Assembly: GCF_009914755.1 (NCBI RefSeq)
Contig: NC_060929.1
Source: the human T2T-CHM13v2.0 reference genome, Homo sapiens
Reading direction: 5' to 3' (one strand)
Length of the DNA stretch: 64,000 nt
Positions within the stretch are counted from its first letter, which is position 1, and each line of letters begins with the position of its first letter. Positions 38,489-51,000 of the stretch are shown here, piece by piece. A program made the translations under genes and the position numbers. A model generated the notes under the pieces. That model saw nothing but the letters and a program-made list of their open reading frames with translations. It made no database searches and was not told the origin of the DNA.

Positions 38489-39372
38489 AGAAAGTATTAT
38501 TCTTTATTTTTGAAAAAAAATTATTTCAATTGATAAATAACAATTGTACATGTTCATGAGGGAAAGCATTATTCTTTTATTGCCAGTAGAACTCTAAAGT
38601 AAAGAAAATGTTTTTTGATTTGCTCAAATAATCTTTTTCACATGCAAAGCACATAAACCAGGATAGTAAATGGGAAGAATGAAAAGATGGAAAATAGTGA
38701 AAAATATTATTTTCAGCCTCCCAAATCTTACTTGGAAATTTAGCTGATGAATTTGAAAGTACCAAAAAGTAACATAGTCTCCATGCAATTTCAGCTGATT
38801 GTTATGGACACAGGAGTTGGTAAGAATGACATGCTTTCTGTGTTCTAATACTATAGCTGGGTTGGTCATAGGGGAGCAGGTTACAATGGCAATGAGCAAG
38901 GAAGCAACGGAAATTCAGCCAAGATCTCTAGATTTATAGTCTTAATATTAGATGGCTGATAGGATAAACTGATTATTAACTAGGCAGAGTAAATTAAACC
39001 TTATAGGATGAATTCTAAATTAATATTTGTGATTTAATTATAGAAAACTGCTTGCTTAAGTAAGGCTCTTTGGCCAGTTAGTGTAGTCAATAGAGAAGCA
39101 AACTGCTAACCTTAAGGTTGTGGTCGTGTCATCCAGAACTGACAGCTGAGGCCATCTGTGCCTGGAGAATCCTAGAGGCGAGCCTATCAGTCCTGAGGTT
39201 TGCTCTACACACTGGCATTTTCTTTCCAAAGGCTGCTTCATTAGAGGAGAGTTCCCTGTAAATCTATTCAGTGTGTGGCATTTGCTTTTGGGGGGAAGCC
39301 TTTTTTTCAAACTAAAATCTTAAAAAAAATAAGTGGCATATCATATAGCTCAAAAATAAAAACAATATTTAA

Positions 39373-39869
<497 letters not shown>

Positions 39870-42052
39870 TAGCTTACTCTATACACTGCTCTGTTATTGC
39901 TTTTTACCTAATGATATGTTATGGAGTTTTCTATATCAGTACATAGAGGCTTTAGTTTGTTTTGTGTTTTTCAAAAAATGGTTACATAGGATTCAATTGG
40001 GAGGATGTACCACAATTTACTTAAGCACTCCTGCAGGGATAGGGACCTTCCCTAAGACTTTAATCATGAATATTACACATATAAGCTTTTGCATACACAT
40101 AGGTTTGCATTTCCAAACACGGCTCTCTCATTTGTAAAAATAAACGAGTATATCATATAGAATATTTCTGGAATAAATGTTTGAAGAAAGTAATTGTTTC
40201 TGTAACTATCACTTCTAGAAAAGCCTGTGTTTTGATATATTTAGCACTAGTAGTGTGAAGCTTTGGGATGAATACCTGCACAGCTCGGCTTTCTCTGTAA
40301 GTGGAGTAGGTGCTTTGAGCATTAGTAAAGTAGGATCCTACCAAATTATCTTTTGGGAACGTGATATTCCTAAAGAAATAAAATAGCATACTGTGGTCAT
40401 CATAGGAAAAATCAGAACTTTGTTGACTTCTTTTACCATTATTTTACAGAGTAGGCTTGTGTTTACTTTGAGTAACTTGTGGGAGAGTAGGGCTCCCAAT
40501 CTTTTCAGTGATTAGCACCTATCAAGTTTTAATGGAGCCTCAGCAACCCTCTGAGTTAGTGATAAACTCTGTGACTTGGAGAAAATCAGTGCTTAGAGGG
40601 AATAAGTAAGTTGACAAATGTTACTTAGCTTGTAAGGGGCATTGTTGGTTTAATTATTAACCAAGACCTCTCAAAAAAACTGCACCCTTGTCACAGTGTC
40701 ATCAAGTAGGTTAAATAAGATCATGTAGGTCAAGTCCATTGTAGTGAAGGAACTGTTAGTGTCTTGCCCCCACTCACAGGCCAACTTCAACGTCTGTTTC
40801 CTCAGGTTACCCCTACCATTGCAACCTCCCAGGCATTGGCTCTCCCTTGGTGGAGCGTGTCAAGGAAACTACCAAGGCCCGTACATTTCTGGCCCTGGAG
40901 TGTTTGAGCAAAGTGCTCTCCTAACTACTTTCTATTCCATGCAGAATTGTCCCACTAGTAATTCATGTTTCCTCCCATTTCAGTCTGGTCCTTGTACTGA
41001 GTTGCCAGATTCAAAGGGTGAGCATCCTTTCTAGAAGTTGGCTACTAAACATGGGTATATGAGGGCTGGAAGTTCTTCCTCCAGTCTGAAGCAATCCAGA
41101 CTGAGTAAGAGATGAAGCTGATGATTTGGCAGCCAAGGTTATTGATAAGATCAGAAACTACTTTAAGGCCAGAAACAATGACCATTTTCCCATGTTTTCC
41201 TAATTCTAACTCTTAACAAAAGTTCCCAGGAAGGAGGCCATGCTTAGGACAGGAGAGGTTAAAGAGCAGCCTCATTTCTGGTGATGGAGATATTTGCTTT
41301 CAGGCAATTCGGACAGTTGGAATCCAAGGGATATGCACAGTAGGGAAGTGAACTTGGCTTTACTCCTTCATCACTGGATCTTGTTTAGAAGTCAGTCTGC
41401 AAGGATAACACATAGGAAAGATGCCATAGAAATATGCAAACAAAATGGAAAAAGGGTTTTCTCAAATCACAAGATGAAAATTCAGATGCTCTGTTCTGAA
41501 TAGGGTTCCCTTGCCAAATTCAGTATCTCTATTTAATCCAGACTTTCAAACATAATTGAAAGAAAAAAAAAACACCCACACATCCAAATCAGGCCAGCAT
41601 TAACTGAATCCTGAGTTTAAGTCCTTATTTACAACTTTCTCATATTCTAACTCAACATACTGAAAACTGAAGTGACTACCTTCCTCACAAAGCAGTGACC
41701 TCTCAATTTCCAGTTTGGACATTACTAGGATCCTAATCATTTAAGCCTAAAACTGTAAACTTTAACAATTCCTTATCTATCACCACTCCTACCATTAATC
41801 TAACCATTTACTGAATTCTGACAATTTTCTCTCTCCTAAATCTTTCAATTACTTGCTTAAACCTAACTCTTTTAAATTTGCGATTATATAATCAGAGGCA
41901 AACTAACTCTTCCAGTCTTGTCTCACTGCTCCCCTACACACGGCTACACTTTACGTAAATAGAAAGGCCCACAATTCCTGTAAGTTTGTCTCTTGCTTTC
42001 CCATCTCTGTACCTTTGTATCTACTATTTCTTCCCTGTGAAATGCCCACATC

Positions 42053-42372
42053 CAGGGATGGTGTCATGATTCCAGGGCCCAGTGCAGAATGAAAATGTGG
42101 AAGTCCTTGTTGAAAAAGTGAAATAAAAGGTTCTCTCTGTTAAAGGTACTAAAATATAAAACAGTTCACTTTTTCCTGTGTATCTCTTCTGTTCAGGCAC
42201 ATGCTCTATTGTCCTACAGGACTTTGCTTACAACATTCAAACTCAAATATAAAATTATTAAGGATAATTTTATTATCAGGATATTATCAGGATAATGATA
42301 GCAGAACACTAAACGAAACACAAGCTAGGGCCATATGTGACTGCAGGGGTCACATGCCCACAAACAGCTTTG
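42053..42372 (+). mobile_element. MER45-family hAT DNA transposon, inserted within L2-like sequence (about 41640-42660)
   Basis: caggg...gggcccagtgcagaatgaaaatgtgg...ccttgttgaaaaa start and gtgactgcaggggtcacatgccca end match the MER45 pattern as I recall it. Confidence 0.75.
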
Positions 42373-43393
42373 AACTCATCCCCTTCTGGGCCTTTCTCAA
42401 TCCTGCCCACCTTCAAAATCAAGTGAAAGGCTTCTGCTGGGTGGATGAGGAAGTGTCCATGCTCTGAGCCTCTGGTCTGCTCTGCCCCAGGATGGCCAAA
42501 GTGGCTCCCTCATAGCACTTTGTAGACTTCCCTGAGAATGCCTTTTATCTCCTATTAGTTTATAAGTTTCCTAAGAGAAAGGGCTACAACTTCATTCATC
42601 CTGGAATCACCACATGAGTTACATATAATAATTGCTTAATACATGTTTGCTGAAAATGAATACAAGAGAACAAAGCAGAAAGCACTGCTATTTTGAAGCC
42701 ACATGCAACATTTCCTCGAACTGCATTCTTTTTGGAGCAGATATCACTACTAATGCAAAAGTCCAAGTTCTCCAGCTGGCTAACTGGTGGTGTCTTGTTT
42801 TCCTTTTCAGTTTTTAAATTAATCTTTCTATCAATCTTTTTAAGGACATTCCCCTTTAGAGATTATTATTGAATGTTAATAATGGATATATTTGATAGTC
42901 TCTAAAATGTATGAATTCACTAATTTATTCAGATTTATAAGCCTATGTTTTCAACTTTTAGAAATTACTTCGAAGAAGAAAAAAGGAACTCTTTTGGAAA
43001 CACTTTCTACAGATTTTAGTTAAAAAATAACTTATGGTACTGCTTTTCACAGTGGCTTTTGAAAAATTCTGTACATTTAAACAGGTTATCAAAGATCTTC
43101 ATGGAACTTCTTTGATAAAGAAGTTGAACCATTCAATAAGAACCTTAGACTTCCACCACTGGCTGAATTCTGTAATACCCTAAGAACCGTCATCCAATTC
43201 ACACCCCTCCCACACAGACACACATATCCATCTTTTCATATAATATTTTGAGTTGAAAACTGAGAAAGCTCATTTGTGCTTGTGGCATAAGCTGCTTTTT
43301 AAAAAACACAATAAAATTGAATAAATTTAAACAGCAAAACATTAATTTAAAAAAATGCACCACGGACACTGCATCACTAAGAAAGCCAGTAAC

Positions 43394-43471
43394 TTTACTG
43401 AATTGTCTGCAAAATACAAATTATACCTTATTTCCAGCAGGAGAAACTTTTGAAAATTTCCCACTTTTATT
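43394..43471 (-). terminator. MEF2C: Candidate distal polyadenylation signals of MEF2C (AATAAA 43466-43471; AGTAAA 43394-43399)
   Basis: Hexamers seen on the minus strand, with downstream GTGATGCAGTGTCCGTGGTGCATTTTTTT resembling a GU/U-rich element. Actual usage cannot be read from sequence. Confidence 0.5.
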
Positions 43472-45034
43472 CACTACAGACAGCTGAATTAAGTCCCTTG
43501 AGATACACAGATGTGGTTTAACTTAGTTATAACATCTTGTCATCTAGTGGCGACAAAGTCCAGCTTATGCCGCTGTGAGCCTCTATTTGAATATTTGTTG
43601 CAAATGCTTGTATGCCCTCATTTACAAGCGATTTTAATTACTCTCATTTAATGGAAACAAGTCCCCAGGAAAAGAAAAAGAAGAAAAATGATACAGCAAA
43701 CCATCTGAAGCAATCCAAGTCCTATGCCTACAGTGACCCAGGTCTACTTTGCTCGAAGAGAACACTGGTACTGCATTCAAACCACAACAGAATCCGTCAC
43801 TTAACTGACCTCTCTGAATTAAACTGAGGTATGAATCAATTTGAGGTATGAACAGGGAAGGCAAAATGCAATACCAGATTATGAAAATAACCAAAATGGA
43901 AAAATTTGATGTAGAAGATATGTGGCTTGGATTGCTCCACATCTTTGGTTAAAACATATTAAGAAAAGCCTTTAATTACATCTGTAGTCTGAAGCATTCT
44001 AACAGACACCAGTATTCCAGCAATCTTCAAAAGATCTGTAGTGGCAGGAAATTAACGCCATAAAAGTGACGACATCACGGCAGATGGCACAAATGAGAAC
44101 AGATGAAGTATGCCATGCTTAGGCAACAGCCTTTATTGAGGGTTCAAGTGGCTTCTTCTTCTTTAAAAAAAATGTTTTTTAAAGAAAGAACTACAAAGCG
44201 TTTACTCTCTGGAGAAACAAACAACAAAATAAAGAGGGCAAAAAATGCTATCTCTAAGTTAAAAGATGGGTATGTAAGAAAAACAAATCCATAAAAGTGT
44301 GTGAGGGCAGACATTCTTTTAAAAAGTGTCTTGGAATTTTGTTTTTTCATTCTCACTTTAGTTAACTTTTAAATGATCTGGGGATGACAGGTATTTTTAT
44401 ATTCATCATTACAAAATGCTAAATTCCACCTTTGGGAAAAAATAAGCCATTTTACTAAAAAACACAATTTTTAAAAAGGTTGAAATAAACAGCCTCCACG
44501 CAGCAATGCATACAATATACAGGTTGTGCAGCTTGCGTATATTGCATCACTGTTACCAGTATTCAAGCTTCATATTACCAAAAATCTTTTAAAATAGGAT
44601 TAGATATAACAATACTCGCAGCCGTGTAAAATGCCACTTATGGATCTTTTACTTGCAATGAAGAATGTTGCCTAAAATGTTACTCTAGGACGGGTTATGT
44701 AAAATAATACTCCCTCAGGGCTCTGCCCTAAAGTCTGGAATACAAAGGATTTACTGTGATTAAAAACCATACTAGCTTTGCAAATACAATAAATGGTAAA
44801 TTACAGATAAGGTATAAGGGTAAAGATAGACCAAGATTGTTTACAGAAAGTGACTCATCAAAATCAAAATTGTGCTTCTTCTCATTAAATCATCTTTTAA
44901 AAATTCTCAGATTATCCCTTCCCTATCTTGCCACCACTTTATAAGAATTCAGTAGTGGGAACAAGAGATGACTGGCATCCATTTTCAAGTGATTCTGTTC
45001 TCTTCATGTTCTTATAAAACTATTGTCAGAACTG

Positions 45035-45044
45035 CTATAAATAG
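45035..45044. promoter_or_regulatory. Consensus MEF2 binding site
   Basis: CTATAAATAG = CTA(A/T)4TAG, in the context TGCTATAAATAGCC. Confidence 0.45.
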
Positions 45045-47735
45045 CCAAGGCTTCTGCTGGTACTTTAGCTTACTTTATCTTCAGCATTAAAAATTCACTT
45101 TTTCTTTGTTGCTGAGGCAAATTGCAGGTTAAAAAACTAATATGGCTATTTCTTCATATTTTCATGTAATGACCCTTTCCCACCCACTGGTATCTACTGA
45201 TATTGATATACTAAAGTATTTTGAAATGACAAAGAACATTTGTGAAATGTTTGCATATTTTATACACATCAAGTTAGAAGGATGGGTTGTAAGGATGGGA
45301 TCAAGTCTATGGTGAGGAAAATGATTTTCTTATTTTATTCCCCTGTGCGTGTGTGTGTATGAGTGTGTATATTTTCAGGGATGTTTTTGTTTTTCCTCTG
45401 CATAAATGTTATTCTTTCATGTTCCATGGATACCTTGAGTAGTGGGATATATATGAAATGGTTGATAGATTTTTTTTTTTTAATATATAAAACATTAGTA
45501 CAAGGCAGGCTAGCATCCTTTATGGATACAACCAAAGGTGCATTGTGGTCTAATTGTGGATTTCAGATCAAGTTAAGAAAAATATAGCCTAGTTAATAAG
45601 GTCTCTTGGCTTCTGCCACCCAGCGGCAGCCTTTTACAATGAGAAACACATAGCAACTATGCAAGTAAAAGAGAAAAAATGGATAAGAAATGTCCTACAC
45701 ATGATATAGCAGTGTTGATATTACTGCCTATATCTTCTTTGCTGTGTATGTCAATGCATATGATTGGAGATGAATCGACAGATCTTCACATTCCAAGAGA
45801 AGGAAAATCTTTCCTAGACTGAAATATCTTTTAAACAATATATATTGACTTTCTTATGGCACTCACTTATTAAAGGGTCTGAAAATTAATCCCTTATAGA
45901 CGAATATTAGACAAGAGTCATTTTTTTTAAATTAAAAAAAGGGACATAGAGAGGTTCTTTATGGGATTTCTTGAAATGGCTATTAAATCTCTTTATTGAA
46001 GAAAAAATAGATGACATACATGCTTTATGCAGAAGTGACATTTGGGGGTCCTGACACACCGGGATTGTTCAACAGTCCTATATTGCTGACAAGATTGTCA
46101 AGGGTCAGTTAAAATAATTAAAAACGGATGACAAAGCAACTATCCCTTTACCTGCTTCCTTCTTGTCTAGCACCCAGTCTTTCACATTTTTCTTCTGTGG
46201 GAATTTATAACTTATTCACCAAGTAAATTCCATATCACTTGTTTCTAGGGCCATATTTGCAGGACATGTGCCCCAACATAGCTTTTCTATTCTGGGCATA
46301 TTTCTAAAAAGCGTATCAAATTCTAGGCTGAAAACCAACCAGATGATTTAGAATATGGGCAAGTTAGGATATGCACTTACTGAATTCCAAGATGCATGGT
46401 GAAATGGTGAGATCAGAAAGGGGCCCTGCATTTGATAAAAATGCAAAAAACAAAATAAAAATAGCATGAAAGAAACTAGTATATACAATGGATGTCAGTT
46501 GACCCAATAGATTGCTAATGTATTAAAAACAATTTAGGGTGTTGCAATGTGATATGTTCTAACCCCACAGGTTATCCTTTTGACAGCTGACCTTAAACTT
46601 ATAAAATGTAAGCAGAGTAAAAGAAAACAGAAAGAAAATAGTTACTCAAATGTGCAACTGCACAAATATACCCCCCTCCCGCTATTAAGATAACAAAACT
46701 TCTGCTATTACCATAATATTATATATATTAGAAAGCTATACACAAGCATGTTAATTTCACAGATTTTTTTAAAAGATTCTTAATATTTTATATAATTAGA
46801 AATACACATTTCAAAAACAAAACTTCTACAAAGAGAAAACAGTTATCTTGGTTAGCAAAGCATGGAGTTCTTCATGGCTTAGGGTAGTGCTTTCTATACA
46901 AAAAGTCCTTTTTGGTTTTTTACAGGACTGTTTAAAATATTAGCGAAGCTATCAAGGGGAAAAAAACACATTTTGGCTTAAGTAAACTACAAAAAGCCAC
47001 AAATGCTTTGCAAACTCTGTCTTACCTTTTATATGAAAATAAGCAAAATGTAATGTACATATTTTTATATTTTTATTTAATAAGAGATGCAGACCCAGAT
47101 TTATTTATTTATTTAATTAAATATGTTAGCCCTCCAACTCCACATTTTTTTTTAATAGGTATGGTCCTCTTTTAATGGTCTCTGATCCTTTTTAATGAGT
47201 GCCATACGCCAATGATATGCCTGCAGGTTTGTGAGCATTCTTGGGATGTCAGGTGACCTGGTGTGTTCCTAACATTTACCAATGGCCACCCATTACCGGG
47301 TCTGTCCAAGCATCTATACATTTTTCTATATGTTGCATAACAGCTGCTCTCTCTTTCAGTAAAGATCTGCCGCTTTTGGCAAATGTTTCCTTTTGTCTAT
47401 TTACATGTAAATAACGTTGAACCTGCAACATGACACTATCTATTGTAACATACATTTTGCAAAGGAGCACAACAGTGAAAAGAAGTTAGCCTTAAAATCT
47501 ATTTTGTACAAGTGTTCTGTTGTACAACTCAAGTGCTAAGCTTATCTCAGCATTTCTGTTTATCTTTATACTGTATCACTGAGGCAATTTAAAAGTACTT
47601 TTACAAAACAGAGTACCTGACTTTTTTTTTTTCCACACACGGCACATATAATGCATATCGACCCCCCTTCCCCATTAAGGTATAGCACACACACACACTG
47701 CAAGAAAAAAAAAAAACTAGTAAGTAATAATCTGA

Positions 47736-48080
<345 letters not shown>

Positions 48081-51000
48081 TTACAGATGAAGGAGGCCTG
48101 GAGGCCCCAGGAACTCACAATTAAATCAAACATCAGCTTAAAGACTCGCATAGACACCAGAGCATGCCCAGAGTGAAGAAAACGTGCTTGGAAGCACATA
48201 AGGGCATCGCCTTCTCAGGGCGATTTAGGATGCCTTTGTTGATTTGCCCGGTAGTAATTACAGCATTTAACTGGTCCAGGCCTCATGAATTATATCTCTA
48301 GTCTCCGAGAGGCTCCCTAAACATATAGGTTACCATTTCAGAAAGGTTTAAGACACAATGGAAAAAGCATTTTCTGTGTTCATGGACTCTATCCCTAGAC
48401 TAGTTCTAAAAATTAAATTTCTAAGCATTTAGATACAGTGTTTAGCTCTGGAATTAGACTTCCTTGATTTACTAATGCTTGTGTTTGAATATTATTTTTA
48501 AAAGCTTATTATCAATATAAATATTTGCCTCCAATTAATAAGCACATACAGATGGAATCACATAGTCTTCAGAGAAAGTGAAGGGAGTTAAATTTTAAAT
48601 GACTAGAACTCAAATGCTGCACAATAACTGTATCTGGTAAAAAGCTTTGGAGGTGGAAAAAATGGAAAGGGGGAGGGAAATTGAAAATTATCTGCAGAAA
48701 GTTTAAACGTTGGTTTTCAAACACTTAAGACTTTCTACTCCATTAAAACTGATAATTTGACTTTCTTCATCCTTTTGCAGTTACATGAGATGAAAATACT
48801 TTGTGTTCCACAATGACCTCAATTTTATTAATGTTAGTCACTCCCTGATGCGTGCGGTTCTTAGGCTACCACTCCTCTTATTTATCATTGGCATTAGTTG
48901 ATGAATCTGGTGTTGCCTAAGGAAAGCTTGTTGCCAAGAAGGATGTAGTGTGATTTTACTGTGTTTATAATCCTTAATCCTCATATATTCCCAGAGAGAA
49001 TAATTTTTCCTTTTTCCAAAATCTGGGAAAATTTAGAAACTTGGAATTCTAGAGGAAAAAAGTATTAAGCCCTTAAGTGTAGATTAGCAATCACAATGAC
49101 TTTGATCAGGATAAACCATAGTGGCATTGCTCGCATCAATTTTAAGATGCTTTTACTCTTCTTACACTAATTACACTGACTTCCAGAGCTAGAGTCAGGA
49201 TTACTTGACTATATTGTCAAAAGAGCATGGTACTCTCTTTTACTGAGGAAGAATCCAAGTGAAGAATTATCCATACAGACACACCCATTTTAAACAAAGG
49301 AAAGCAAGCCTACTTACTAATGTATGTAATTATGCTGCTTTCCAGTGGAGAGAATTAGTTGGCACTAACAATGTCATTATGACCACTGAGAGAAAAAGTA
49401 TATATTTCAGAAAAAAAGTGAAGTAACTTGGGGCTGGCTTTTTGGGAGATGCAATACAAACTCAAGATGTATAGTGATATAAAATTAGTCAGAAACGAGT
49501 TTATCTTTGAGTGATGTTTTGTACAAAAGCACCACCTACTGGCAAAGAATTACTTTCCTTCTCCTATTAATAAATAGATGAGCTAATGTAGAGAATAATA
49601 TAAAGGAGAATTATTTGTTTCCTTAATAAGCGTCTCTTTCTCTAGCTTTTATGATCTTATATAATCAAAGCAGTGTTAGCATTTATATCAAGAAACTACA
49701 CTGACTGTATATAATTTTCAAACACCTGTTTATATTTGGAGCTATTTATTTGTAGCTTATTAATTTATAGTCTATCAGTTTACTAATTTTCCAAAAGTTT
49801 TAATTAAATAAGCCTTGTTAAAATGGGGAGAGGGAACACCTGTATTTCAAAAGGATTCATAATGGTAGACTATTTTATCTTGGTTCAAAGTTACTTAGTG
49901 ATTCATTCTGATGTTTGAGGAAATCGTCTTTTGATTTCTGGAATAAAGAATTTTCCTGGCTCTAAGAAAGACCATTTCACTAAAATTTAATTAAATGCTT
50001 CTGCTATGAATCACACAACTATTTAATAATGAATATGAATTAGGAGTCTGAAAATAAAAAGTGATATGTCAATAAATACTTTTGCTTGCTCTTTGACATA
50101 CAGATTATGTCTTCACAGGGAGGGTGACATAGAAAATTAGAAGAAAAAATTGGTGAGTTGGACAGTCTAAGCAGTTAATCTAGACAAGGTAAGGGAAAAA
50201 TAATATAACCAAAATTCTGTTTCTTTAATACAGTTTTTGGAAGCTGCATTATTCACCTCTTTGCATCATCTTCCTATGTTAACTGGCCTGTATAGGTTTA
50301 GCTGTGTATCTTCCCCATGAAAGATGTAACAATTATTGGTTATCCCTTCCTACAAACAGACTAGCTTAAATTTATCTTTTGGTGGAATTTCATTTGACAC
50401 TGAAAACATACATGAAGCATTTTGAGTAGTTCTGGGGACTAAATCCACAGTAGTAAAATGCAAGTGATATCTTAGATTCAGCTTCATTATACTGTGACAT
50501 AGGATATAAAATAGAATGGCTAGTCTCTGTTAACAAAGAAGTATTTTCTTGAAAAGAAAAAAGTAGCATTAAAATAACTTAACTGCATATATGCTAGGTT
50601 CAGATATAAGCATGTTGGTCTACTTGAGAACAAAATATAGACACGAATAATTATAGACCCTGATAATTGTGAAATACTGCATATGTGTGGGTGGGTGATA
50701 AAGAGATGGGTGGGGAGATAGAAGCCAGATATGCAAGTTACCCATATCAAGTCCTCTATGCAAATTTTCATCTATTACAGATGCTTTTGAATTGGGAAAA
50801 CTCCTACCCTTTCCCATAATTGTTCAGAAATCAAACATGACTGGATAGTTTTATTCAAAATTTTTACTGCCTCCGCCTGGAAATTAGACTATCAAACTAT
50901 ATTTAACCTAACCTTTTATAAGTCATCTCTACTCAGAGTTATCTCTCTCAGTATGTACTGAACACCCACATCAACAAAGTTGACGTATGGAAATGCTTCC

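Larger units (their letters stand above)
43373..47735 (-). other. MEF2C: Long AU-rich MEF2C 3'UTR; distal end approximate
   Basis: Follows the stop codon, lacks interspersed repeats and has several minus-strand poly(A) hexamers: AATAAA at 47072-47077, 45992-45997, 45334-45339, 44132-44137 and 43466-43471; AGTAAA at 43394-43399 followed by a GU/U-rich stretch. Confidence 0.75.

Noticed and set aside
43353-43373. REST/RE1-like AAATGCACCACGGACACTGCA
   Set aside because: The 12-bp core matches, but the conserved TCA start and the G after GGACA are missing (14/21). Other candidates (15362-15383, 2794-2802) are half-sites only.
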